A program made the translations under genes and the position numbers. A DNA stretch of 63,217 bases, the filler included, from Collodictyon triciliatum (Eukaryota): NCBI GenBank assembly GCA_043381765.1. It is 6 parts of 6 records of this genome, joined end to end, with 100 filler letters (N's around TTAATTAATTAA, not from the genome) between each part and the next. Parts side by side here need not be neighbours in the genome. Positions count along the whole stretch, not along the records: positions 1 to 12,365 come from JBHJMP010002188.1; positions 12,466 to 24,817 come from JBHJMP010002191.1; 4 more parts are not named here. One strand, given 5' to 3'. The notes beneath the pieces were generated by a model. That model ran no database searches. It saw only the letters and a program-made list of their open reading frames with translations, and was not told the origin of the DNA. Below are positions 1-12,691 of this stretch, one piece after another. The stretch's first letter is position 1. Each line of letters begins with the position of its first letter.

Positions 1-97
1 TCTTTTTCTTTTCTTTTCTTTTCTTTTCTTTTCTTTTCTTTTCTTTTCTTTTCTTTTCTTTTCTTTTCTTTTCTTTTCTTTTCTTTTCTTTTCTTTT
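1..97. repeat. (TTTTC)n microsatellite
   Basis: Near-perfect pentanucleotide tandem array at the window start. Confidence 0.95.
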
Positions 98-335
98 GTT
101 ATCATTTTGTATTTGTGAGTGTGGGTGTCCATAATACCGCCCCTGAAAACCCCGGGTCTTTGAACGTATAGTGTATTTTCCGAGGATGGTATATTGGTAG
201 CTGTGACGCTTTTAGTTTCTAGTCCATAGCTGAATCAGTTTGAAGCAAAGATATGTGTTGAATGTGAGCGTTTGCTAGACCTTCACTTCTCTTTTTCTTT
301 CTTGAAAACGCTGTGCTTTTGAAAAATATATTTCA

Positions 336-3300
336 TCATGTCTCTAGATTCCTTACATCTTCTGCTTTTTCGTCTACCACAGCTTTCCTTGCAGTTGTTA
401 TCTTCTCAATAATCTTAGATGGTGGCTTCTTCTGCCATTCAGAAGCAAAATTATTTCCTAGAAAGCACATTTAGTTGAGTGTTTTGATACACTTTTCATC
501 TATGCAAACGTATTGAATGCGAATATGATTTATCCTTGTGTCGAATATACCGACATCTCCAAGCGTTTTTTTTTTAGAGTCTTATATAAATATATCAGCC
601 ACAGACCTAACACTGCGACTGGAAAAGCTATCACCTAAATTCCATTATTCGAAAGTAATGGTTGGGTACTTAATCGGGCTAGAACAATCAAAAGTATGCA
701 TCGTAATTGTCAATGAAATGCTATGTATATATTCTATAATGTACAGTCAATCCAAGAAGTGCTGTGGCCGACCCCCAAATTCTCCCTGAAAATGTTTTTG
801 GTACCATGTCACCTGCCATAGATGAGCGTTATTGTGATACATAGCTTCCTTGTCTAATCCAACTTCTTGTCTCGATTTCCGTTCATCTTTTCATATTTTT
901 GCATTCCTTTCTCATCTGAGGTATCATTCATACCATAGCCTAGGGTCGAAATGGTTTGAATGCACCACCAAAAGGTTGCTACGACCGAGTTGAACTGGCT
1001 GTGATGGAAGCGAAAGCAAAGAGTGATCTGATGTTATTTGAACTCTGATATTCTGATATTATGTATGGTTTGTGAAGACTAAATTTTCAATGCTTTTGCT
1101 TGGTAACTTTCCCTTCATTATTTTCGTGTATAATTGCTTTGATACATTAATATACTTTCTTCACCTTTTTATGCAGATGGCGTCCGAGTGCTCAGAACAA
1201 AATTGGCCATCGATATAGTCCCCTCGTTCGATGTAGTACATGATAGATGAAGACAAGACGAGTACGATGGGGAGGATAAATAGGAGGAGGAGAATTTCAC
1301 TTTTCGAGTTTTTTATCGTCTTAAAAACAATCTAAGATATAGTTGTCAATTCGAAAACTATGAGTTATTTATCTAAGGGGACATTTATTCCTTCTTTGAG
1401 ATATTGAATGGAAAACTCAATATTTGTACCAAACTTCATATACCATATATGAATGAAAATCATCACGGAAAAAAAATCATATATCAGAATAGAATGGTAG
1501 TGATGATACTGACAGTGAAGTCCTGAGAATATTTCCCCAGTCTCAGAACTCTAAAAATACGGACAAGTCGAAGAACACGCAAAATGATAAGTCCCTTAGT
1601 GCTCTATATTGAACCAAATTAACCATAAGTAATGAAACTAAAAGTCCCCTTAGATATGAACAAGTTGAATCCAAAACTACAAAGTGAACAATGTCTCGAT
1701 ATTTCTAATTACATTTGTCGACAGAAGATCCAGAAAGTATGGGAAAATTGTCAACAAGTCAATAACGTTAAATCCATCTGTAACATATTCAACTTGCGTT
1801 ACGCAGACAGATATTCCCATCAAATGAAAAGTAAATGCCGTATATTAAATGTGTAAAATACTCTCTTGATTCAAAAGGGGTAAGCCCTATGAACACGCCA
1901 TTTACCTTTCATAAAGACAATCCTATTATTGGTTGTAGAAAAACGGGCGATGAAGTCCACGATAAAGATTACAATCACAATGGTGTCCAAAATGAACCTA
2001 AATAAATCATTATCAGAATAATTGAATATTCAAGTGCACAGCTAAAATAGATCAATTTTACAAAGTAGTCTTGTTGTTTGTGTTGAAAGGCTCCACTGTG
2101 CTCATTAAAAATAAGATGATGGAGAAAACAACTGTCGCAAACATGAAGGCACTGACACAAAGAGCCTTTCGTTGAAAAAAAAAAAAGAGGCATTAATAAG
2201 CATTGAGCGCGTCATTTTATGTAACATATCATTTTCCATTTCCTTTTTTTTTTTATTTTCTTTTCATACTTTCTTAGTCCGATTTTATCTAGCGTATAGC
2301 TAAGACAATTATTTTATCATGTACATATTTACTCTGCGCATATCCAATCATTAATCTAATTAAAATCGAAAAATAGGGCCAAAATAAAAAAAAATTCATT
2401 TCAGGTTTCGATAAAAAGATAAATAATCCTCATAAGATAGGTACAAACCAGTTTGGAAGAATTAGGATTGGTGAATATTTGATACACTTTTTGTCTCCGA
2501 TTCAAGTCTAGCTGATTTTTTTTAAAAAATAAAATACGTGAAACAAGAATTCGAAGGTAAAAAAACGAGTTCACTAATTATGCATTTTACAATTATGTTA
2601 CTGTGAAAAAAAAAATGAATCTAATATCGGCTCTAAGCTTCACTCATACTGTTTTTTCTTCAACTTCTTCTGAGGTTTCAGCAGAAGCTATCAACTTTCC
2701 CTGGTAATTAGAGGGTTACTAGAATAAAATATTTTGGAAAAATTGGGAGTGATGTAAGCAGTTGCTAAATATATTTGAATACAACGGTGTGCATTTTACT
2801 CTGGTGCTCCTTTTAAATGAATCCCATTCGCTGGCGAAATTTGAACTGATGATAGTGATGGTAAATCCCACTCCCTATAGATTAAAAAGAGAGCGCATTG
2901 CAAAGAAATAAATCAAATGTAGTAAAAGGTTTACAGAAGTCTAATAAGGAAGTCAAAGTAGTCTTGGTCTTACCACAGTGCCAAGAAATATTGCTATGGA
3001 CCCTAAAATCCGTCCCGTTCTTGTAATTGGTGTGATATCACCTGAATATTCGCGTATAATTGAGTAATATAAAATCATTTTTACAAATAGAAAAATATGA
3101 AAAATTCCACGCCATGGAATGAGGTGCTGTGATTTTTAACATTTGTTGATTTATATAGAATGACCTCATAAATATGATTAAATGACTTTCTCTGGAAGCA
3201 GGTTTTTTTAGATGTTAGTTAAAGTAAGAAACAATACCATATCCAACAGTTGTCATGGTGATTATAACCATCCAAAGTGACTGCGAAACGTCTTGGATGT

Positions 3301-5851
3301 TGCTAATTATTCATTGCAATGGAGCAGTTATTTTCTTATTAGACTTAAGTAATTGTAATTGTAATCATTAGTATTGATATTAATGACAGTGTTATGAGTG
3401 TCAGTTCCACAAATATTGATTTTGATTTTGTGTCTCGTTGAAGGCGATTCGTTAGATTAAAATTAATATTACCTTTTCTCGCCATCCTGCATCCAAAAGT
3501 TCGACTCTTTTGACCACTCCCCTCTCTCCGCGTAGTATATCATCGTCGAGAAAAACGTCACCACAAACATAAGAACAGTCAGTGCTGAAAAAAGGATGTG
3601 CCTGCTGAGGTAGAACGTTTGCACTACAACCTATGTTCGATTATTCCTCATTAATTAAAAAGTGCCCCTTTCCTAATTCTTGTCCCTTTCTTTGTCATCG
3701 CTCATCATGCCAAAAAAAATGCGTACATGTCCTCACAATCGAGCATCAAATACATATCGTTCGTGCTTCATGACTCATGTATAATAATCTCTTACTATGA
3801 TGCTCGAAGAGTACCGTCCTAGTCGAAATACTCGAAAAATTCGAATCAACCGTACAACTCGAATCACTTTCAGTCCAGATACTCTCTGATTTGTTTTTTG
3901 TTTTTGTTTTTGGTTTCATATAATTTGTTGGTTTCTCTGGTTAGTTCTTATATAGGTTAGATATCTTTTGTGCGTATTATGTTGCTATCCCTTCTATGTC
4001 TTTTGTTATTTATGACTTCTTTTGTCTTTTTATCCTTTTTTTGTCCATACAAACGACTCTGTTGGTTATATCACTTCTTTAGACTTGATGACTCTTGATA
4101 TTCCTCAAAAAAAAAACATCATCCTTTTTTACTTGAGTCATTTCTCTTGCTTCGTTATATATGTGTGTGTGGATAATGTGGATAATTAAAAGTGTACCGC
4201 TGGTATCATCAACCCGATGTAGAACGGAAGGATGGATAGGATGTCGATGGCTGTGAATGGATCTGAGTATGGGTATTGCAAGAGTTAGACCAATCTAGTT
4301 TATCGACAAGTCTAATGCGTCGTGATTTGTTTGTTGGGAGCATCAAAAATGTATATTTGGAGAGTGGATGGCAGGGCATGGGAACCTTTCATGAAGTTTT
4401 TGATGTCACCACACGTCAACATGCGAAGGAGCAGGTCGATAGTGAATACAACAGATATAATGATTTCAATAGTCGACCTAGTTTCCAAAGGCATTTCAAT
4501 TAACCTTTGACTGCCACATTTTCACGCTTTTGAATGCGACATGAAAGTAGAAAAATGGGAGATTGTATTCTAATATTCATTTTAATTATACCATGGATGT
4601 CCCGGGTTATCACTATAAAATGGCGGTAGTGTTTGAACACAGAAGACGACTATAGATGTAATAATAAACCCCATCATCGTAATACTCCACATTAGTGCCT
4701 GTTTTAATAGATGTGTTTTAGACGAATGGGAATATTGGAGGAACGAAAAACAATCATTCATGTATCATATGAACAATTTTTTGTAGCGGTACATCAATTT
4801 ACTCATGCTTAGAAAATAGAATTTGATATGTTGATGTCAACGGGAAATAAGACTTATTTTGATTCGAGCGCTTACGAGTTTAGATGAGGACGGCTGAGTC
4901 ATTAATACATATATTTTACCGCGTATCCCTGGTGGTAATTTAGATACTTCAATTTCGTCCTCATCGATATCATATTTTATTTGCTCCTCCTCAATCTCGT
5001 CATCTATCCAAGAAAACTCGTCAGTACGACCATTTCTTTCTCATTTAAAAGGGGGTTAAGTTTACAATTGGGTTACAGCACGCGATATATTCAATATTCA
5101 TCTAAATTATGCGGCTGGCTTATGCAGAGAACATGAACAACTTGCTCGCTCATTAAAATGCAATCCGGCCTCGACCAGGTACATATATATTTGGTCATGT
5201 GGAAGGATAAAACAGAAACGTCTCTCCATTGGGATGAACGGATGCGCGCGCTTAAACACACAGTATTTTATGATACACGATAAACCAGAGACGGCATAAA
5301 CACAAAAGATTGGAGTCAAATTACCCTCTTTTTTTTTTTTTATAATGTCAAAGGGTGAATCAAAGAAAATTAAAAAAAAAGACAAGAAAAAAACCCAAAG
5401 TAACTGAAATATAAATAATGAAATTAAGTTTGAATACGAAGACGAATAAAAAGTATGTATGAACACCTGCTTCGCGGCTGTGGATAACTCCCATACCCCT
5501 CTCTGGATTCGATCAATACCTAGCTTCAAAAAGACGGGAATAGGCTTTCTAATGCCTCAGGTGCTTCTAAGAGGTGCCTTCATGTGAGTGCGGTTGGAAG
5601 AGAAATGAGAAATGAGAAATGAGAAATGAGAAATGAGAAATGAGAAATGAGAAATGAGAAATGAGAAATGAGAAATGAGAAATGAGAAATGAGAAATGAG
5701 AAATGAGAAATGAGAAATGAGAAATGAGAAGTGAAAAGGAAACAAAACAAAAAGAAAGAAAGAAAGAAAAAAGAGAGTCGACCACCTCTATCAAGAGACC
5801 ACTTCACAGTTCAGAATACTCACGATCGTTTTCCAAAAGACCGACACTCAT
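336..5851 (-). CDS. Tandem two-repeat (2x6TM) voltage-gated K+ channel, repeats C and D; multi-exon, 5' end uncertain
   Basis: Hand-spliced at GT-AG sites. Repeat [42 protein letters not shown] (S1), [18 protein letters not shown] (S2), [11 protein letters not shown] (S3), [18 protein letters not shown] (S4, exon 3796-3885), pore [18 protein letters not shown]6 [17 protein letters not shown]. In-frame linker exons [17 protein letters not shown] and [21 protein letters not shown] lead to repeat D: S4 [18 protein letters not shown] (1514-1603), pore [19 protein letters not shown]6 [16 protein letters not shown]; first stop TGA at 336-338. The first firm exon is 4876-5003; the ATG at 5851 and exon 5467-5519 are tentative. 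Confidence 0.9.
5598..5730. repeat. (GAAATGA)n heptanucleotide tandem repeat
   Basis: Perfect 7-mer array; it produces the spurious ISHFSFL ORFs in the track. Confidence 0.95.
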
Positions 5852-7020
5852 CTGCTGGAGAGCGGGACTCTGGATTGAAGCAGTCGCCAGTCACTTGACA
5901 ATATAAACAACATCGGCTTCATTAAACAACCAAAAAAAGGGAAAGGGCTAAAATAGTTGTGCGATGTTATAATCGCTATTTTCGCTATTTTCTTTCTTTT
6001 TTTTCTCTTTCGATACCATCATATCTGCTGGATGCGAGATTCCTCATAGCTCTCGCCGTGTAAATAACGTCTCCACTACATTATTGAGTGAAATAAACCT
6101 ATGGCTAGGGTCAAAGAATATAATGAGGATAAGAGAGGTCAACATAATGGCAGGTTTATTCAAAGTTCCTGTAAACTATGCAAGTAAAAAAAAAAGCAGA
6201 AATAATACGTTTTCCTCAACCTTCTCTCATCCAGTTATCGATGCCCTATTATTGTGGGATGTACACTTGATGTATTGGCTAGTTTTAATCAGTTTATACC
6301 AGCTAAGTGCTTCAAATTCCTTCCGAATAGGTTCACCTTTCAATTATTTGGGGGTAGAAATTCATGTCAATTCACAGAATTCACCAGGCGAGTTGGTTTA
6401 TTTGACGAACGAACCATTCAAAATAAAAATAAAAAAACAGATTGTTTTCCACAATACTACTTTACTTCTCATGCCTACAGTACCATGCCTCGCAATAACT
6501 AAAGGGCAACGCGGATGAATAACGCGAATAATATTTCACTTAACGAACAAAATATTCACGCAAAAGTGAAGTATAGTAGGGATTCTGGAATGAATACAAT
6601 TAGTATCTACGAACTGAGGCAGATATCGAAAGAAAGAATAAAGAGCAATCTTGATAAAAGATTTCTAAACTATTCGACATAACAATATGAAAAAGAGAGC
6701 AAAAATTTATTGGCTACCACGATGGAACTATGGCGATTCTTTATCTACCCAACATTCCAGCCGATTACAAATGCTCCATGTGCCAGATTTTCAGGATTTC
6801 TTTTTTTTAAAAAAGAAAAAAGAAAAAAAAGAGAGAATAAGGGAGGAAGATGAAAAGTTTATTTCAATAAGATATGAGTCTTTTTATTAAATAACTAATA
6901 TCCAGGAGAAGAGGGCAGGTTCGGTGTCTTTGGGATCAAAAGCCTTTATATATTGCGACAAAACTGCCAAGAGGTTGACAGGCTAAGTAGTCGCCATGAA
7001 GTAAAAATTAGATGCAATAA

Positions 7021-10000
7021 TCATTCTCTCTTCAGTTCCAACCCAGTTTTAGATTTGTTATTTTCATTATGCTGGCTTTCCGGACCATCGGGATTTGAAA
7101 AGTGCGAACTTAGTATAGCAACAGGAAACGCCAGACTCTAATTAGATCAAGTAATAATTCGGTAAGATTGTAATTTATTTGTGATGAAATTATGAAAAAT
7201 TACCACCATTCCGGTAATAACAATAACAGCAGCAAATATACGCCCTCCAATAGTGAGCGGGACTATATCACCTAAATTAAACTACTGTAAAAGTGCATTC
7301 TGCTTTCTCTCAAATAACTACTTCCGACTCTCTTATGTCTCCATACCGTATCCTACTGTCGCCATCGTCACAACCGTCCACCAAAAGCTCTCGGGTATCG
7401 ATTGAAACTTGCTGTCATATAAGTTTAGCACCATCAATACTACCTTATCACACGCTTCTAAATTGCAATAAACGTATCATATATTCAATCACACCTGATA
7501 TCCCATCCACCAAACCATAGTTCAACTCATATAACAAACTGTTACCTTCGTTCTCCATCAATCGTCCATACTCCCTCCACTAATGTCCCACGCTCCAAGT
7601 ACCACATCACACTGGAAAAAAATACTACCAATGTAAGCTCTAAAGTGGCCACAAGAAAAAGGGCTTCGGACGAAGAAACTAGGGTGTTGATTACAGCCTA
7701 TATTCCAGTAAAGTAATCAGTATGTATCTTGCCTATGCCACCGACTGACATCGTCTCCCATACATGTAAGTTTGTTTGTGCCATGTCGCGACAGCCTAAA
7801 CAAAACACACATATTCACACCCTTGCTGTATTGTATGCATCCCGCGATGTGTTCTCATCGCTGACGCCCCTGCTCCATCCTCAACCCTTTCGTTCAGCAC
7901 CCTTCTTGTCCTTATCATTGTACTTACAAAAAAGTCCTTGCTCATCTTCCATTCCGGATATAGGTAGAACACTTGGAAGAACCAGAACAGTCGTACAGAT
8001 AGAAGCCCTTGGTATGTCTGCACGGTTTGTAATTGCGATATCATGTGGTTGTTCACTCTTCCATGACTTCGATTACGAAACAAATGATGTGTTCATGGTG
8101 TCTATTCATATCCTGCAGTTACTCTTATGGGTCTTACCTCGTCGTACACGACACACACCATATATACTGCGATGCTGTATGCCTCCAGGACTCGCTCGAT
8201 ATCTAAAGTGCGACCCAAAGCCAATCAGCACATCCATATACTAGCTTCTTATTGTATCACCCTTGTGCATGTGTCTGATGGAGAATAGCTACTCTATTCT
8301 CATGCACCCCTCGTTTATGTGCATCAGACAGCTAAAACAAAAGCTTTTGCATGTATATCCGCCCACTGAAAAAAATTATGAAGCACGGGTTTCCCAAACA
8401 CATACTGAGAATTCTGATGTCATCGATGCATTCACTGGGACATGTTACTGTCACATCATGCAGCTCAATACACATGACATCAATCACACACGACATCAAT
8501 CACACACGACAGATGGTCAGTTACATATTTGTTATCTGACCGATACGTTGGAAAATAAAACTGAAGAGAAACAGAAACAGAAACAGAAACAGAAACACAA
8601 ACACAAACACAAACAGAAACAGAAACACAAACACAAACACAAATATAAACGAAAAGGAAAAAGAAAAGAAGACTATATGTTGATATCATGCGGATCTACT
8701 TACTAAGAAGCTGCTTGTCATCCTTCGGCTTTGCTATTCGGTATATCGCCTCCGGTATGCTTAGCATTATGAATACCCCTTGTGTCGTCAGTCTATACAT
8801 AGTCCCTCTCAATCCATAGCTTCGTTTTACAAAAATACAGTATTCTATCTTTCTTTGAACACACATATGTCTCGACACACGCGCTGCCCTAATTACCACG
8901 CTCGTGTAGCTCTCTTGACTCACTGACATTTGCGTAACATCTAATGTTTTTTTGATTTTTTTTGTATTTTTTTTTGTACAACACACTTACATTTGGCTGT
9001 GCGCCTCCCTCGATATCCCTTCAGTCATCGACACGACGCCTAGAAGTCCAGAAACGACATGTAGCATCGGACACCAAAGCTTCACTATGTCCTCCTATAT
9101 ATGTGTGTGCGTTTGTGTTTTGTTACGGTATTATGTTTTATGTGATACGCTGGTATTGATGTTTCATAGAGCGTTGCTTTTTGGGCGCTTTGGTTATGTC
9201 GTCTCGTAATATTGGGTCAGTTTGTGTATAGACAATCCAATCACTGGTGACATGTGTGGTATTCTATTGATGATATCGATATAATATGGTGCGTATACGA
9301 CATATGGCTTGTGTTTGGTATGCGATATGTGTCGATGGTCTGTTTACCAAGAAGCTGAAGTCTACATATCTAGTCTTGACCTTGGTAAGTCTGTTGAATA
9401 GCCTGACTATCCCGGACCCGCTTTTGCGACATCCGTACGCTTTTACACCCTCATGAGTCTTGCAAAAGGATGATGAAACAAGGTTCAGGTTTGTGTGAGT
9501 GTGTGTGCATGTCTTTTGGGAATACTGTTGTCACCAAAGTCTGTCAGCACATTAGGCATAAGCTGGTCTTGTATTTACATCCTAAGCCTCTTCCATTCTT
9601 CGTTATATTTTTGTTTTTTGTTTTATGTTTTTTGTTTTGTGTTTTGTGTTTTATGTTTTTTGTTGTTGGAAGTTCCTTTTCATAACTACTCCCATCCGAT
9701 TGGATATTACAAAAAGATATGTAAAAAAGTGTAATATCCCATCCACTGAAACTTCATCGTATCTTTTTAAATATATCCGGCAAGTAAAAAACATCACATA
9801 GCAGGATATTTGGTATCATAGCTATCTGCATTAAGCGGTATAAAATATACTGGTCGCCCTTTGCCTTGCCATATGATTCTAGGTATCTTGCAACGGCATT
9901 ACCTTGCATGGCGGCGTCTGTTCTTCTGGGACACTGGAGACCATGGACTTGCGTCTGCTCTGTAAATGAGTATGTTTCCATCAGCCGTGTATTCTTTCTT

Positions 10001-12037
10001 TTCCTCTTCCTTGATTTGTTCCATTTGCTGCATCTTTTGTTCAAGTCTCCAATTATGTTGTACAGTATTCTATCCAGATGTTTTCAATCTCATACCTTTT
10101 TGCTTTGCATATACTTGAGCCACTCCTCGCAGAATGTATTGCATATAATCGTGATGGGAAACGCCATCGTCTAAGCGAGCGAATGAGTGAGTGAGTGAGT
10201 GAGTGAGTGAGTGAGTGAGTGAGTGAGTGAGTGAGTGAGTGAGTGAGTGAGTGAGTGAGTGAGTGAGTGAGTGAGTGAGTGAGTGAGTGAGTGAGTGAGT
10301 GTCTTGGAATCTTTCTTGCTCAAGAGTATCATCATGATGGTATCATCTGCCTTTGTGTTCTTTTGCTGTATGTTGGTATCATCTAAATTGTGCGTACAAG
10401 GATTCCTAGTATCACCGTCAGCCCGGCAATCAGCTTTCCCAGCCAGGTCACAGGAAGGTAGTCCCCTGCATGAGTCGAGCCAGTCGTATTGTTCAGTATC
10501 TGACTCTTAGTTTAACTTGGTTTTCATTTTCTATGTTCCTTTATTCTGTATTTTGTTATTTCTTTTCTTTTTCTTTTTCTTTCTTTTATGTAATCTCCAT
10601 CCTTAAAATTGAAATGAATATTCTTGAATGAGGCTGTATGTTATGCTCGCTGTGTCTTTGTATCAAACAGCTCAAACAACTGAGGATGAGCAATTGTGCA
10701 TGTATCCCCACCATATCCCACTGTGCACAGCGTCACAATCGACCACCAGAACGTCTCTGGTACGTTTTGGAATGAGCTCCTGTTTTTAATTGAGGGAGAG
10801 TGTGTATGCATATGGGTTATCGACGTGGTATAGGTACAAACTATAATCGAAGAAATATGCATGAAATATGCCTGTATCTGAGCCATTCTTGCATTGAAAC
10901 ATCTTGGCATACCTGCGACCGTTGATGTACCATCCCTTACCGTCTTCGTATGAGCCTCTCTCTGCATAAAACATTACTGAGGATGTCAAGATAACCTCAA
11001 TACACATGACAAATAGAAGCAGAAGCAGCACATCCACATTTTTCTTCACAGAGAATTGAACAAACTATGTATAAATTAGGTATTGAGAACATTAGCTAAG
11101 CACTTTGAGTATTAAATATATATTAACTTCAATTTGTTTGGATAATTAAATCTAACATGTATGAGAGTTAAAATAATATACCTTAAATATCGTAGAGTAT
11201 TTTGAGTGTTTGTAAATCTTGAAAAGTCGAAAAAGCCGGACAACTCGTAGTATCGAGAGACTCGGTGCGTTCTATACTCATGAAAAGATTCACACTTGTT
11301 CCTTCCCTTCTTTCTAATATTATGTTATATCGTCTATCGTCTATCCCTCTCTCTTCCTCTTCGACATATACATACAAAGACACGTATTATATATATATAT
11401 CATCCAGGCTTCTGCTTTGTACTTCTTTTTCTAGTCCTTGATTTACTTCTTTCCTGTTATCTTATGTCCTCTCCATTAATAAACGTATTCTTACAATCCC
11501 CGGTATAAGTCCCACATAGTACGGTACAATCGAGCAGAGGTCGATGATGGACGATAGCTCTAGAAATACACGTACCTCGTTAGTTTGCTTTGGAATCCTA
11601 CTATACATCGCTCGTCGACCTCATACCCCCATACATACATGCATATGTGTTCCTGCAAGTACACAAGAACGGTTCTTTTGTTTTTGTCATCAGTTGCTTA
11701 TGTATTTGTCCTTACTCAGGCTTGACCTTATCACATTGTCTGAAAAAAGCGTGGTCGCTACGTATTCCCATGTAAACAGCGATACAATGATTGTCTCGAC
11801 GTACCACCTACCAGAAAGTGTCAAAATACATCTGTTAATAATGCTGAAAAGCTACATCTAAAACTCTACTTGGCTCCGTATGTGTAATATGCCGCATTCT
11901 ACTCATCCATAAAGCAAATTATAAGCGGCTGACTACATGGTGCCCTCTGTCTCTTGTGATGCATCCAGGCTGCTGTAGCATGTCGTGAACACTGATATTG
12001 CGATGACGCACATGTACATCTTCTGTATAACGGATGC
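7021..12037 (-). CDS. Tandem two-repeat (2x6TM) voltage-gated K+ channel, repeats A and B; 5' partial at scaffold end
   Basis: Repeat A: S1 exon from 12037 ([20 protein letters not shown]), S2 [16 protein letters not shown]3 [12 protein letters not shown]4 [15 protein letters not shown] (11182-11271), S5 ending [10 protein letters not shown], pore [18 protein letters not shown] (10712-10779), S6 [17 protein letters not shown] (10096-10170). Linker exon [19 protein letters not shown] (9903-9959). Repeat B: divergent S1-S4, S5 ending [10 protein letters not shown], pore [26 protein letters not shown]6 [16 protein letters not shown] at 7021-7023. The exact A-B linker exons are ambiguous, but in-frame paths exist. 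Confidence 0.88.
10184..10301. repeat. (GAGT)n microsatellite in a K+ channel intron
   Basis: Perfect tetranucleotide array just upstream (gene sense) of the repeat-A S6 exon acceptor. Confidence 0.95.
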
Positions 12038-12365
12038 CTGTATGGAGAGAAGGGAAGAGTTTGACTGCCAGTCTGATAACATCAACTGCGAATAGAATGG
12101 GCGCTGATGTTGAAGCTTTGAATATTTGTCTTCCCGTTGTATCTCGTTCAACGTTGCTTTGTGTTGATATTTGTGAAATCTGCACTTTTTTTTGTTGTAT
12201 CTTTTCTTTTCTGTTCTTTTCTGTTCTGTTCTTTTTTTCTTTTCTTTTCTTTTTCTTTTCTTTTCTTTCCTTTTTTCTTTTTCTTTTTCTTTTTCTTTTT
12301 CTTTTTCTTTTTCTTTTTCTTTTTCTTTTTCTTTTTCTTTTTCTTTTTCTTTTTCTTTTTCTTTT

Positions 12366-12465
12366 NNNNNNNNNNNNNNNNNNNNNNNNNNNNNNNNNNN
12401 NNNNNNNNNTTAATTAATTAANNNNNNNNNNNNNNNNNNNNNNNNNNNNNNNNNNNNNNNNNNNN
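12366..12465. other. Artificial scaffold spacer (N44-TTAATTAATTAA-N44)
   Basis: 100-bp linker with stop codons in all six frames; identical copies at 24818, 37329, 47521 and 59961. Confidence 0.97.
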
Positions 12466-12691
12466 GGTGGTTTTCTATACATAAGCTCTTTTTTTTTTCC
12501 CCCTTTTTTTTTCCCCCCCCCCCCCCCCATGATGAAACCCTTAGTTACAAAATAAAGTATAAAGTATATTCACAACAAAATCTATAAACAGAAGGTCTTT
12601 GTATTTCGACTTTTGAATTTGCCTATTTTTTATTTTTGGAGTTTTTTTTCTCTCTCTCTCTCTCTCTCAATACTGTCCTCGCCTTCGATAG

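Noticed and set aside
5557-5807. ORFs made of ISHFSFL repeats (also poly-F, poly-K and QTNK ORFs elsewhere)
   Set aside because: They are translations of microsatellites and have no coding signature.
7273-10709. Initially read as one 3.4-kb intron possibly holding a transposon
   Set aside because: It contains the S6 of repeat A and S1 to pore of repeat B as regular exons.
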